The notes: a model not told the origin generated them from the sequence alone. Positions 19,082 through 29,684 are shown, counted from the stretch's first letter. The stretch is 64,000 nucleotides of DNA from Flavobacteriales bacterium (GCA_044507815.1 JBIQIX010000010.1:68431-132430), one strand, 5' to 3'. A program made the numbers and translations.

Positions 19082-20578
19082 TCACCGGCGGCGCAACCAC
19101 CACGCTGATGGCGCGTGCCCCTTGCCGGGGTCGGCCACGGGCACCGCGCGCTCCTCATCGATCAGCGCTGCGGCCACCAACGCCGCGGCCACGGCCTCAT
19201 CGCCGTCATTGCCCTCCAGCAATGCGGGTTGGAAATGGTCGCGCACGAAGAGCGTATCGTAATGGCCGGAGCGGAACGCCTGGTGCCCCATCACGAACCG
19301 GCAGAAGGGCAAGGTGGTCTCCACGCCGGTGATGGCGTAATCATCGATGGCGCGTTCCATGCGCGCAATGGCCTCATCGCGCGTGGCACCGTGCACGATC
19401 AACTTGGCGATCATGGGATCATAGTGGATCGGGATCGTCATGCCTTCCTCGAAGCCATCGTCCACGCGCACGCCCGGGCCTTGCGGCGGACGGTAGGTCT
19501 CCAGGGTGCCGATGTCGGGCAGGAAATTGTTGGTGGGGTCCTCGGCATAAACGCGCACTTCAATGGCGTGCCCGTTGATCCGGAGGTCATTCTGCGTAAA
19601 GGCCAGTTCTTCACCCTGCGCCACCTTGATCTGTTCCTTCACCAGGTCGAGGCCGCTGATCATTTCGGTCACGGGGTGTTCCACCTGCAGGCGGGTGTTC
19701 ATTTCCATGAAATAGAAATCGCCGCCGGCATCGAGCAGGAACTCCACTGTTCCCGCCCCCACGTAATCCACGCTCCGGGCCACGTTCACCGCGGCTTCGC
19801 CCATGCGCTTGCGCAGCTCGGGGTTGAGCACGGCACTGGGGGCCTCCTCCACCACCTTTTGGTAACGGCGCTGGATGCTGCACTCGCGTTCGAACACATA
19901 AACGGTGTTGCCGTGCATGTCGGCCAGCACCTGCACCTCCACGTGGCGCGGCCCTTTCACGAATTTCTCAATGAACACGCTGCCGTCGCCAAAGGCATTC
20001 TGCGCCTCGCTGATGGCCCGCTCCAGGCCCTCGCGCAGCCCTGCTTCGCTTTCCACGATCCGCATTCCCTTGCCACCGCCCCCCGCGGCGGCCTTGATCA
20101 GGATGGGGAAACTGATGGTGCGCGCAACGGCCTCGGCTTCCTCCAGTCCGGCAACGGCCCCCTCGGTACCGGGCACCAGCGGTACGCCGTGCGCCTTCAC
20201 CGCTTCCTTGGCGGCAAGCTTGTCGCCCATTACCCGCATGGCGTGCGGGGTGGGGCCGATGAAGATGATGCCGGCCTTGTCCAGCGCCTCGGCGAAGGCA
20301 CCGTTCTCGCTCAGGAAGCCGTACCCGGGATGCACCGCATCCACCTTCAGTTCCAGGCACGCCTGCACGATCCGGTCGATGCGCAAATAACTGTCCTTGC
20401 TGGCGGCCGGCCCGATGCACACGGCCTCATCGGCGGCGCGCACGAACGGTGCCGTACGGTCGGCCTCGGAATAAACCGCCACGGTGGCTATGCCCATTTC
20501 CTTGGCCGAGCGCATGATGCGCAGGGCGATCTCGCCACGATTGGCCACCAGGATCTTCTTGATCTCGCGTTTTTTCAT
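19082..20578 (-). CDS. accC: acetyl-CoA carboxylase biotin carboxylase subunit
   Basis: MKKREIKKILVANRGEIALRIMRSAKEMGIATVAVYSEADR is a canonical AccC N-terminus, with an ATP-grasp body. ~45-aa C-terminal extension relative to typical length. Confidence 0.9.
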   Translation of the reverse strand: MKKREIKKILVANRGEIALRIMRSAKEMGIATVAVYSEADRTAPFVRAADEAVCIGPAASKDSYLRIDRIVQACLELKVDAVHPGYGFLSENGAFAEALDKAGIIFIGPTPHAMRVMGDKLAAKEAVKAHGVPLVPGTEGAVAGLEEAEAVARTISFPILIKAAAGGGGKGMRIVESEAGLREGLERAISEAQNAFGDGSVFIEKFVKGPRHVEVQVLADMHGNTVYVFERECSIQRRYQKVVEEAPSAVLNPELRKRMGEAAVNVARSVDYVGAGTVEFLLDAGGDFYFMEMNTRLQVEHPVTEMISGLDLVKEQIKVAQGEELAFTQNDLRINGHAIEVRVYAEDPTNNFLPDIGTLETYRPPQGPGVRVDDGFEEGMTIPIHYDPMIAKLIVHGATRDEAIARMERAIDDYAITGVETTLPFCRFVMGHQAFRSGHYDTLFVRDHFQPALLEGNDGDEAVAAALVAAALIDEERAVPVADPGKGHAPSAWWLRRR

Positions 20579-20732
20579 CCGGACAAAGGGAATAGGCCGC
20601 GAAGATGCGAACCAAGGGGCAGGATCGCGAGAGGAATGAACAGGCGCCCCACTTGCCGCAGGTGATGACCAACACCAAAAAAGCAGCCCGGCAAAGCGCC
20701 CGGCGCATAATTTGGCCGTTCACGCCGCCGCT

Positions 20733-22976
20733 ATGAACCTGCTGCCCAACCTGATCGCCGACCTTGGGCTGATCCTCAGCGTGGCGGCCATCACCACCCT
20801 GGTCTTCAAAAAGATCAAGCAGCCCTTGGTGCTGGGCTACATCATTGCGGGGGTGCTGGTGGGGCCATACGTGCCGGGGCTGCCCACGGTGCTGGACGAA
20901 AGCAGCATCCGGGTGTGGAGCGACCTCGGGGTGATCTTCCTGCTCTTCAGCCTGGGCCTGGAGTTCAGCTTCAAGAAAGTGGCCAAGGTGGGCGGCACCT
21001 CGGGCATAACGGCCATGGTAACCGTTACCCTGATGCTGGCCACAGGGTACTTCATCGGCCAGGCCATGGGCTGGAACCGCATGGACAGCCTGTTCCTGGG
21101 CGGCATCATCTCCATGTCCAGCACCACGATCATTATTCGTGCGCTGGACGAGCTCGGCCTGAAAACACAGGCGTTCGCCTCCGTGGTGGTGGGCGTGCTG
21201 GTGATCGAGGATGTGGTGGCGGTGCTGTTGCTGGTGTTGCTGAGCAGCTTGGCGGTGAGCCAGCATTTTTCGGGCACCGATATGCTTTGGGAGCTGGGCA
21301 AGCTGGGCTTCTTCCTCATCCTGTGGTTCGCGGGCGGGGTTTTCCTGGTGCCCACGTTCCTGGCGCGCACCCGCAAGCTGATGAACGATGAAACGCTGCT
21401 TATCGTGGCGGTGGCCTTGTGCCTGGCCATGGTGGTGATGGCGGTGAACGCGGGCTTCAGCGAGGCCTTGGGCGCCTTCATCATGGGGGCGTTGCTGGCT
21501 GAAACCGTGCAGGCCGAACGGATCGAGCATTTGGTGCACCCGGTAAAGGACCTGTTCGGCGCCATTTTCTTCGTTTCCGTGGGCATGCTGCTGGACCCCC
21601 GGGTGCTGGCAGAATATTGGCCGCAGGTGCTGCTGCTTTCATTGGTGGTGGTGGTTTTCCAGCCGCTTACCGCCTTGGCTGGCGCCCTGTTGGCGGGCGA
21701 GCCGTTGCCGCGGGCGGTGCGCACCGGCATGAGCCTGTCGCAGATCGGCGAGTTCTCCTTCATCATTGCCACCCTGGGGCTAACGCTGAAGGTGACCAGC
21801 GCATTCCTGTACCCGATGGTGGTGGCGGTGGCGGCGGTCACCACGTTCACCACACCCTACATGATCACCGCCAGCAAGCCCTTCAGCGAATGGCTGCAGC
21901 GCGTGCTGCCGCAGGGCCTGCAAGGCGCCCTGCAGCGCTACAACCGACAGGCGGACCAGGTCAAGGGCACCAGTGCCTGGCGCAAGTTGCTGCGCTCGTA
22001 CAGCATCAACCTGGCGGTTTTCTCCGTGCTGTGCCTGGCCACGGTGCTTATTGCCGGTCCCGCGTTCATCGTGCTTTTCGGCAACGGCGTGGCGGGCCTG
22101 AATGGGCGCGTATTGGCCGGGCTGGCCACCTTCCTGCTGGTGGTGCCCTTCATCTGGGCCATGTCGCTGCGGCGCATCAACCGCAATGCCTACCGGCAGC
22201 TTTGGGTGAACAAGCGCCACATGCGCGGCCCGTTGGTAATGCTGGAGCTGGTGCGCTTGGGCGCCGCGGTGCTGGTACTGGCCTTGCTGGTGAACGTGTT
22301 CTTCAGTACGGCCTGGGCACTGGTGGTGCTGCTGCTGCTCACCGCCGGCGTGGCCACGCTGTTCCGCCAGCGGCTGTACCGCTTTTACCTGCGCATGGAG
22401 GACCGTTTCTTCCGCAACCTGAACCAGCGCGAGTACAGCATGCGCCGCACCGACCTGGCCCCGTGGGACATGCACCTGGCACAACTGCGCGTGGCCATGG
22501 ATTCGGGCGCGGCGGGCCACAGCCTGGCCGAATTGGCGCTGCGCGAAAAACACGGCGTGAACATCGCATTGATCGAACGCGCCAGCGGCCATACCCTGCC
22601 CGCGCCCGGCAGCAACGACCGCCTGTTGCCCGGCGACAACCTGCTGGTGATCGGCACCGACGAGCAATTGGCCGCGCTACAGGCCGAGCTGGCCGTACCG
22701 CGCACCGGGCCGGTGAAGCCTGGCACCTCCAAGGAGGACATCCGCTTGCGCCGCTTCCGCATCACGCCGCAATCGCCGCTGGTGGGCATGCGGCTGCACG
22801 ACAGCGGACTGCGATCACAGGCCAAGGCCATGGTGGCCGGGGTGGAGCGCGGCCACGGCCGGATCATGAACCCCGACGGCACCTTCGTGATCGAAAGCGA
22901 CGACGTGCTGTGGCTGGTGGGCAATGGCCAAAAGATCCAGCAATTCATGGAGGCCCAAAAAGCGGCCAAGGAGTGA
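20733..22976 (+). CDS. CPA2-family cation:proton antiporter (Kef-like) with C-terminal RCK/TrkA-C domains
   Basis: About 12 transmembrane helices (Na+/H+ exchanger family) followed by two TrkA-C-like domains. Start at MNLLPNL. Confidence 0.8.
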   Translation: MNLLPNLIADLGLILSVAAITTLVFKKIKQPLVLGYIIAGVLVGPYVPGLPTVLDESSIRVWSDLGVIFLLFSLGLEFSFKKVAKVGGTSGITAMVTVTLMLATGYFIGQAMGWNRMDSLFLGGIISMSSTTIIIRALDELGLKTQAFASVVVGVLVIEDVVAVLLLVLLSSLAVSQHFSGTDMLWELGKLGFFLILWFAGGVFLVPTFLARTRKLMNDETLLIVAVALCLAMVVMAVNAGFSEALGAFIMGALLAETVQAERIEHLVHPVKDLFGAIFFVSVGMLLDPRVLAEYWPQVLLLSLVVVVFQPLTALAGALLAGEPLPRAVRTGMSLSQIGEFSFIIATLGLTLKVTSAFLYPMVVAVAAVTTFTTPYMITASKPFSEWLQRVLPQGLQGALQRYNRQADQVKGTSAWRKLLRSYSINLAVFSVLCLATVLIAGPAFIVLFGNGVAGLNGRVLAGLATFLLVVPFIWAMSLRRINRNAYRQLWVNKRHMRGPLVMLELVRLGAAVLVLALLVNVFFSTAWALVVLLLLTAGVATLFRQRLYRFYLRMEDRFFRNLNQREYSMRRTDLAPWDMHLAQLRVAMDSGAAGHSLAELALREKHGVNIALIERASGHTLPAPGSNDRLLPGDNLLVIGTDEQLAALQAELAVPRTGPVKPGTSKEDIRLRRFRITPQSPLVGMRLHDSGLRSQAKAMVAGVERGHGRIMNPDGTFVIESDDVLWLVGNGQKIQQFMEAQKAAKE

Positions 22977-23156
22977 TCCTGCGCCAAAGCCGGTGAAGAA
23001 TACCCAGCTCGCAACGGAACACCGTCCAGGCCACCTGCACTTCCCGCAAACGGGATGAGTCGCTTTGCACATGCCCTCTACCGCGAAATGGTAAACATCG
23101 GGCGGCGCCGTGGCGGCCGCATGCCCGCCACGGGGTAAGTTCGCGGTCCCGCTGAC

Positions 23157-24065
23157 ATGGAAAAAACATCCGCGCAAATACTGCACAGCCTGGGCATGGA
23201 CCTGCTGGTGCTGGTGAAGATCGTGGGCATCCTCTTCGCCGCATGGTTCGTGGAGCGCCTGATCTACCTCGCGTTGCGCCGGGCCTACAAGAGGTCCAAG
23301 GCACAGGGCCGTGAAGAGGTGACCCGCTACCGCTTCTTCCGCAACGCGGTGCGCACCACCATGGTGATCGTTGCCCTGATCGCCATCATCTACGTCATAC
23401 CCTCATTGCGCTCGATCGCCTTCACCCTGTTCGCCGGTGCGGGCATACTTGCGGTGGTGATCGGCTTTGCCGCCCAGAAAGCGCTGAGCGACATCATCAG
23501 CGGCATCTTCATCGTGGCCTTCAAGCCCTTTCGCGTGGGCGACATGGTGCAGGCCGGCGAAGCCGGTGTGTTCGGCACCGTGGAGGACATCAACCTGCGC
23601 CACACCACCATACTCACCTTCGAGAACAGGCGTTTGGTGATCCCCAACTCCATACTGGGCGAGGAGCGGATCGTGAACAGCAGCATCCGCGATGAGCGCA
23701 CCTGCGAATTCATCGAATTCGACCTGGCCCTGCATGCCGATGTGAACCTGGCCATGGGCCTGATGCAGCACCGCGCCCTGCTGCACCCCAGCCGCATCGC
23801 GTCACCTGACACCACTACCAGCATGGAAGACCCCAGCGAGCCGGTGACGGTACGCCTGGTACGGATCCATGAGGGGGCCATCACCCTGCGCATGTACGTG
23901 TGGGCCAACGACCCCGTGGCCGCAAGGCGCATGCACTACGACCTTAACCACGCCCTGCTGGAGGACTTCCTCGAGCACGGCATACCCTTCGCGCTGCCCA
24001 TCCGCCGCTCCATTCAAACCGACACCACCCGCCCGGTGGCACCGCATGGCCAAGCAGCGAAGTGA
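23157..24065 (+). CDS. mechanosensitive ion channel (MscS family)
   Basis: TM helices plus the conserved ISGIFIVAFKPFRVGDMV...RLVIPNS MscS core. Confidence 0.85.
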   Translation: MEKTSAQILHSLGMDLLVLVKIVGILFAAWFVERLIYLALRRAYKRSKAQGREEVTRYRFFRNAVRTTMVIVALIAIIYVIPSLRSIAFTLFAGAGILAVVIGFAAQKALSDIISGIFIVAFKPFRVGDMVQAGEAGVFGTVEDINLRHTTILTFENRRLVIPNSILGEERIVNSSIRDERTCEFIEFDLALHADVNLAMGLMQHRALLHPSRIASPDTTTSMEDPSEPVTVRLVRIHEGAITLRMYVWANDPVAARRMHYDLNHALLEDFLEHGIPFALPIRRSIQTDTTRPVAPHGQAAK

Positions 24066-25113
24066 AAAGGCCGGCCTGCCGCCGGGGGCGTTGGTGCCCG
24101 TGGGCGAGGACCCCGCGCTGCCCACCACCATACGGGTGATCACCTACAACGCGCAGGAGATCACCGAGCAGAGCGCCGCGGACCCCGCGCACATTGAAGT
24201 GGGCGACCCCGCCACCACGGTCACCTGGATCGATGTGGCCGGCCTGGCCGACCTGCAGGCCATAAAGGCCATCGGCGAGCAATTCAACCTGCACCAACTG
24301 CTGCTGGAGGACGTGCTGAACACCCAGCACAGGCCCACGATCGATGAATACCAGGACCAGCTCTTCGTGGTGGTGAAGATGCTGGGCGAAATACCCGAGG
24401 GCGAAGAAGAGTCCGGCGCCATTTATGCCGACCAGATCAGCTTCGTGCTGGCCAAGGGGCTGGTGATCAGTTTCCAAAGCGACCCTGCCGACGTGCTGGA
24501 CCCCGTGCGCGAACGCCTGCGCTCCAACGTGGGCCGCCTGCGGAAGAAAGGCGCCGACTTCCTGCTCTACTCGCTACTGGACGTGATCGTGGACCACTAC
24601 TTCAGCGTGGTGGAAGGCATAGGGGAACGGATCGAGGGCATGGAGGACGATGTATTTGAGCGGGCGCGCCACAGCGACCTGCTGGCCCTGCGCGACCTGC
24701 GCCGCAAGCTGATCCAGGTAAGCCGGCAGGTGACCCCCACCCGCGAACTGGTAGGCCGCATGAACGTGATCCCCAGCGAACTGGTGGACAAGGGCACGCG
24801 GCGCTACATCAACGACCTGCAGGACCATACCGTGTACCTGGCCGACAGCATCGCCACCTTCCGCGACCAGCTCACCAACCTGGAGAACAACTACATGGCG
24901 CTGATCAACATGCGCATGGGCCAGGTAATGAAGCTGCTCACGGTGATCAGCACCATCTTCATCCCGCTCACCTTCATCGTGGGTGTTTACGGCATGAACT
25001 TCACCAACATGCCCGAGCTCGATTGGCGCTACGGGTACTTGGCGGTCATGCTTTTCATGCTGCTGATCTCCCTGTTGATGCTGCGCTATTTCCGGCGCAA
25101 GACCTGGATCTGA
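24046..25113 (+). CDS. corA: magnesium/cobalt transporter CorA
   Basis: C-terminal two TM helices with GVYGMNF (GMN motif). Start moved to MAKQRSEK. 20-nt overlap with the MscS gene. Confidence 0.85.
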   Translation: MAKQRSEKAGLPPGALVPVGEDPALPTTIRVITYNAQEITEQSAADPAHIEVGDPATTVTWIDVAGLADLQAIKAIGEQFNLHQLLLEDVLNTQHRPTIDEYQDQLFVVVKMLGEIPEGEEESGAIYADQISFVLAKGLVISFQSDPADVLDPVRERLRSNVGRLRKKGADFLLYSLLDVIVDHYFSVVEGIGERIEGMEDDVFERARHSDLLALRDLRRKLIQVSRQVTPTRELVGRMNVIPSELVDKGTRRYINDLQDHTVYLADSIATFRDQLTNLENNYMALINMRMGQVMKLLTVISTIFIPLTFIVGVYGMNFTNMPELDWRYGYLAVMLFMLLISLLMLRYFRRKTWI

Positions 25114-25426
25114 ACTTTCCCGGCCAAAGCATCGCACAGCTGCGCAACAACCGTTTACTTTGCGGCCCGCATGGTCCGCCAAGCCACGTGCCACTCTCCG
25201 CTGAAGAACCCGCTCACACCCATGGCCCCTTGGCCCGGGTTGCTGCTGGGCGTGCCCATCCCCTTCCGCTGATGTTGCCCCTGCCCCACCCGGACCAGCC
25301 GGCGCCCATGGCGCCCAACCCGGGGGGAGGCACCCTTCCGCCGCCAACGGCGCAAGGCAACGCAACCCGGCGTGCCGAACAAATGCAGGCCCGCCGCACT
25401 TTCATCTTCCACCGCCTTAGCTGCAA

Positions 25427-26857
25427 ATGAAGACCCGCTACATCGACCTGATCGAGCAAACCTTCGACTTCCCACAGAAGGAATTCGGGTTCGACAACGG
25501 AACCCTCACCTGGAACGGGCTCAACCTGATGGAGATCATCAAAAAGCACGGCACCCCGCTGCGCATCATGTACCTGCCCAAGATCGGCGAAAAGATCGAC
25601 CTCGCGCGGCAGTACTTCGCCAAGGCCTTCCAGGAGCACAACTACAACGGCAGCTACGAATACTTCTATTGCACCAAGAGCAACCAGTTCAGCTACGTGA
25701 TCCGCGAAGTGCTGAAAAAAGGCGTGAGCCTGGAGACCAGCAGCGCCTACGACATCGATATCATAGACGGGCTGATGGCCAGCGGCGAAATGCCCCGTAC
25801 CTCCATCATCCTATGCAACGGCTACAAGGATGAACGCTACATCCGCAACATCGGCCGGTTGGCCAACAGCGGGGTGAACGTGATCCCGATCATCGACAAC
25901 ATGAACGAGCTGTGGGCGCTGGACGAGGCCATTGAAGGACCGTGCGACATCGGCATCCGCATTGCCGCCGAGGAAGCCCCCAAGTTCGAGTTCTACACCA
26001 GCCGGCTGGGCGTGGGCTACAAGGACATCATCCCCTTCTACATGCGTAACGTGAGCAAACAGCCCAAGTTCCGCCTGAAGCTTATGCACTTCTTCATCAA
26101 CACCGGCATCAGCGACAGCGCCTACTACTGGAACGAGCTCACCAAATGCGTGAACGTGTATTGCGACCTGAAGAAGCTGTGCCCCACGCTGGACACCCTC
26201 GACATCGGTGGTGGCCTGCCCATCGACAACAGCCTCAACCGCCACTTCGACACCGACTACATGATCGGCGAGATCGTGGGGCGCATCAAGGACATCTGCG
26301 ATGAGAACGGCGTGCCCGAACCGCACCTGTACAGCGAGTTCGGCAGCTATACCGTGGGCGATAGCGGCGCCACCTTCTTCAGCGTGCTCAACCAAAAGAA
26401 ACAGAACGAAAAAGAGCGCTGGAACATGATCGACGGCAGCTTCATGACCACCCTGCCCGACTCGTGGGCCATCAACCGCCGCTTCATCATGCTGCCCATC
26501 AACAATTGGCAGGATGAATACGAGCGCGTGTTCCTGGGCGGCATGACCTGCGACAGCGACGACTACTACAACAGCGAGCAGCACGTGAACGCCATTTACC
26601 TGCCCCGCTACCGCGAGGACCGGCCCCAATACCTCGGCTTCTTCAACACCGGTGCCTACCAGGACACCCTGGGCGGCTATGGCGGCATACAGCACTGCCT
26701 GATCCCCAAGCCCAAGTACGTGCTGATCGACCGCCTGGCGGACGGCAGCCTGGCCGACCGCGTATTCAGCCCCATGCAAACCTCGGAGCACATGCTGGCC
26801 CTGCTGGGTTTCAACCGGCCACCGGATGCCCCCGCCAACGATGCCGCGGCACATTGA
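25427..26857 (+). CDS. speA: arginine decarboxylase-like PLP-dependent (fold-type III) decarboxylase, short Bacteroidota form
   Basis: Orn/DAP/Arg decarboxylase family features (LMHFFINTGIS similar to SpeA HFHLGSQ). Adjacent to a deoxyhypusine-synthase-like gene, as in Bacteroidota polyamine clusters. Confidence 0.7.
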   Translation: MKTRYIDLIEQTFDFPQKEFGFDNGTLTWNGLNLMEIIKKHGTPLRIMYLPKIGEKIDLARQYFAKAFQEHNYNGSYEYFYCTKSNQFSYVIREVLKKGVSLETSSAYDIDIIDGLMASGEMPRTSIILCNGYKDERYIRNIGRLANSGVNVIPIIDNMNELWALDEAIEGPCDIGIRIAAEEAPKFEFYTSRLGVGYKDIIPFYMRNVSKQPKFRLKLMHFFINTGISDSAYYWNELTKCVNVYCDLKKLCPTLDTLDIGGGLPIDNSLNRHFDTDYMIGEIVGRIKDICDENGVPEPHLYSEFGSYTVGDSGATFFSVLNQKKQNEKERWNMIDGSFMTTLPDSWAINRRFIMLPINNWQDEYERVFLGGMTCDSDDYYNSEQHVNAIYLPRYREDRPQYLGFFNTGAYQDTLGGYGGIQHCLIPKPKYVLIDRLADGSLADRVFSPMQTSEHMLALLGFNRPPDAPANDAAAH

Positions 26858-26959
26858 ACCAATTCCCGCGCGGGCCTGTTGCAACAACAGGAGGCAACAA
26901 CAACGGCCCCATTATTTTCGCCCCCTGCAACAACCCTTAAACACTTCGGAAAGCCGACC

Positions 26960-27922
26960 ATGAGCAGCAGCCGTCCCGTATCGGACTTCATTGAGAAACA
27001 CTTCCTGCACTTCAACGCCGCCGCGCTGGTGGATGCCGCCAAGGCCTACAAGGAACACAAGCGGCAAGGCAAGAAGATGCTCATCTCCCTGGCCGGCGCC
27101 ATGAGCACCGCCGAGCTGGGCAAAAGCCTGGCCGAAATGATCCGGAAGGGCATGGTGGACATCATCAGCTGCACCGGCGCCAACCTGGAAGAGGACGTGA
27201 TGAACCTGGTGGCCCACGACCATTACGAGCGCGTGCCACACTACCGCGACCTGGGCCCGCAGGACGAGCGCGACCTGGCCGACCGCGGCATGAACCGGGT
27301 GACCGACACCTGCATACCCGAGGAAGAAGCCTTCCGCCGCTTGGAAGAACACGCCGTGAAGCTTTGGGCCGACGGCAAGCGCCGGTTCCCGCATGAGCTC
27401 TTCTACGAAATGCTCAACAGCGGCGCGCTGAAGCAATACTACCAGATCGACCCCAAGAACAGCTGGATGCTGGCCGCCGCCGAGCGCAACCTGCCCATTG
27501 TATGCCCCGGCTGGGAGGACAGCACCATGGGCAACATCTTCGCCGCGCACTGCATCATGGGCGAATGCGCGCCCGGCATCATGAAGAGCGGCATCGAATA
27601 CATGATCTGGCTCGCCGACTGGTACACCGCCAATGCCGGCGAGGAGGGCGTGGGCTTCTTCCAGATCGGGGGCGGCATAGCCGGCGACTTCCCCATTTGC
27701 GCCGTGCCCATGATGGCGCAGGACCTGCAGCGGCCAACGCCCTTTTGGAGCTACTTCTGCCAGATCAGCGACAGCACAACCAGCTACGGCAGCTACAGCG
27801 GCGCCGTGCCCAACGAAAAGATCACCTGGGGAAAACTCGATGTGCACACCCCCAAATTCGTGATCGAAAGCGATGCTACTATTGTGGCACCCCTCATCTT
27901 CGCATACCTACTCGACCAGTAA
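26960..27922 (+). CDS. deoxyhypusine synthase-like protein (probable homospermidine synthase-type)
   Basis: CTGANLEEDV and family-wide similarity. Start moved to MSSSRPVSDF. Confidence 0.8.
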   Translation: MSSSRPVSDFIEKHFLHFNAAALVDAAKAYKEHKRQGKKMLISLAGAMSTAELGKSLAEMIRKGMVDIISCTGANLEEDVMNLVAHDHYERVPHYRDLGPQDERDLADRGMNRVTDTCIPEEEAFRRLEEHAVKLWADGKRRFPHELFYEMLNSGALKQYYQIDPKNSWMLAAAERNLPIVCPGWEDSTMGNIFAAHCIMGECAPGIMKSGIEYMIWLADWYTANAGEEGVGFFQIGGGIAGDFPICAVPMMAQDLQRPTPFWSYFCQISDSTTSYGSYSGAVPNEKITWGKLDVHTPKFVIESDATIVAPLIFAYLLDQ

Positions 27923-27928
27923 ACCTTC

Positions 27929-28276
27929 ATGGAACGCCGGATCCGATCCTTTGAAACGCTCACGGAAGAATTGCGTGACAAGCTGCAGGACCAATATCCT
28001 GACGGCATCGAGAACCATCACATCCGCACGGTAAGCACGCCCAAGGGCGAAAACCTGCGTGTGATCGAACTGCGCACCGCCGAGGTGCTATACCTGATCA
28101 AGCTAACCCCCGAAAGCCGCCAGGAAATGGATGAATTCCTGGAACAGGACAGCGACGGCGACGATGCGGGCGACGACATCGAAGGGGCCGACGACATTGA
28201 AGGGGCCGACGACGAAGAGGAGGAAGACGAAAAGGACGCCCCGCCCGCCGACGACGAGGACGACGACGAGGACTAA
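27929..28276 (+). CDS. hypothetical protein with highly acidic C-terminal tail
   Basis: 115 aa. C-terminus DSDGDDAGDDIEGADDIEGADDEEEEDEKDAPPADDEDDDED. Confidence 0.4.
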   Translation: MERRIRSFETLTEELRDKLQDQYPDGIENHHIRTVSTPKGENLRVIELRTAEVLYLIKLTPESRQEMDEFLEQDSDGDDAGDDIEGADDIEGADDEEEEDEKDAPPADDEDDDED

Positions 28277-28288
28277 GCCCGCCAACAC

Positions 28289-28711
28289 ATGCTGCAAGGA
28301 AGGTTCCATCTGGCCTTTGCCACCACCGACCTCAAGCGCATAAAGGCCTTTTACGGCGGCCTGCTCGGCTGCACCGAGGGCCGCAGCGCCGAAACCTGGG
28401 TGGACTACGACTTTTTCGGCCACCAGCTTACCATACAGCAGGTGCCCGTGATCACCAAGGCAGCGCGCACCTACAACCCCCAGAGCCACATACCCAGCGA
28501 CCACTGGGGCATTGTGCTGGAACTGGGCGAATGGAAGAAGATGCGCGACAAATGCAGGAAGATCGGCGTGCCGTTCTACATCCAGCCACAACTGGTAATG
28601 AAGGGCGAACCCGGCGAGCAGCACAGCTTCTTTATTGAGGACCCCGACGGCCACGCCATTGAATTCAAGGCCTTCGAACAGCCCGACCACGTCTTCCGGA
28701 AAAGCCTTTAG
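28289..28711 (+). CDS. VOC-family (glyoxalase/dioxygenase-like) protein
   Basis: 140 aa. HLAFATTDLKRIKAFYGGLLG is a VOC fold signature. Confidence 0.65.
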   Translation: MLQGRFHLAFATTDLKRIKAFYGGLLGCTEGRSAETWVDYDFFGHQLTIQQVPVITKAARTYNPQSHIPSDHWGIVLELGEWKKMRDKCRKIGVPFYIQPQLVMKGEPGEQHSFFIEDPDGHAIEFKAFEQPDHVFRKSL

Positions 28712-28743
28712 GGTACCTTCGCGGCGCAACCCGCGATCAAACC

Positions 28744-29622
28744 ATGTCCTCTCCCGCACACGCTCTCGCCAGCGAGGCCAACATCAAGGAATTGAAGACC
28801 ATTGCCGGCCAGGTACGGCGCGACATCGTGCGCATGGTGCACGGCTGCCAAAGCGGCCACCCCGGCGGCTCGCTGGGCTGCACCGATTACCTGGTGGCCC
28901 TCTACTTCGCCGTGCTGCGCCACGATCCCGAGCACTTTACCATGGATGGCGTGGGCGAGGACCTCTTCTTCCTCAGCAACGGCCACATCAGCCCGGTGTG
29001 GTACAGCGTGCTGGCGCGCAGCGGCTACTTCCCGCTGGCCGAACTGGCCACCTTCCGCCAGATCGATTCGCGCCTGCAGGGCCACCCCACCACCCACGAG
29101 GGACTGCCCGGCATCCGCGTGGCCAGCGGGTCGTTGGGCCAGGGCATGAGCGTGGCCCTGGGCGCCGCCTTGGCCAAGAAGCTCAACCACGACCCGCGCC
29201 TCATTTTCATCCTCCTCGGCGATGGCGAACTGCAGGAAGGCCAGGTGTGGGAGGCCGCCATTGCCGCAGCTGGCAAGAAAGTGGACAACATCGTGGCCAC
29301 CGTTGACTGGAACGGAAGGCAGATCGACGGCGACGTGGATGACGTGATGCCCCTGGGCGACCTGCGCGCCAAATGGGAAGCCTTCGGCTGGGACGTGATG
29401 GAGATCGACGGCAACAACATGGCCGAGGTGCTGAACGCACTGCTCACCGCCAAGGGCCGCACCGGCAAGGGCAGGCCCATCATGATCCTCATGCGCACCG
29501 AAATGGGCAAGGGCGTGCCCTTCATGGAAGGAAGCCACAAATGGCACGGCATAGCCCCCAGCGATGAACAGCTGGAACAGGCCCTGCAACTGCTGCCCAC
29601 CACACCCCTTGGCGATTATTGA
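28744..29622 (+). CDS. transketolase, N-terminal subunit (split transketolase)
   Basis: SGHPGGSLGCTDYL TPP-binding region and LGDGELQEGQVWEA (GDG motif). 292 aa, the length of N-terminal half-enzymes. Confidence 0.9.
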   Translation: MSSPAHALASEANIKELKTIAGQVRRDIVRMVHGCQSGHPGGSLGCTDYLVALYFAVLRHDPEHFTMDGVGEDLFFLSNGHISPVWYSVLARSGYFPLAELATFRQIDSRLQGHPTTHEGLPGIRVASGSLGQGMSVALGAALAKKLNHDPRLIFILLGDGELQEGQVWEAAIAAAGKKVDNIVATVDWNGRQIDGDVDDVMPLGDLRAKWEAFGWDVMEIDGNNMAEVLNALLTAKGRTGKGRPIMILMRTEMGKGVPFMEGSHKWHGIAPSDEQLEQALQLLPTTPLGDY

Positions 29623-29684
29623 ACGCGGCGTGGCCGATGATGGTCCGGCACGATTTTCCCGGTTCCTGCGTTCAACCTTCCGCC

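Noticed and set aside
19082-19220. C-terminal ~45-aa extension of AccC as a fused extra domain
   Set aside because: The extension is short, Ala-rich and has no motif. It is more likely a lineage-specific tail than a biotin-carrier or other fused module (no AMKM biotinylation motif).
27929-28276. Acidic protein as a mis-called non-coding region
   Set aside because: The N-terminal 70 aa are non-repetitive with normal composition and a good start. It is kept as a CDS, though function is unknown.
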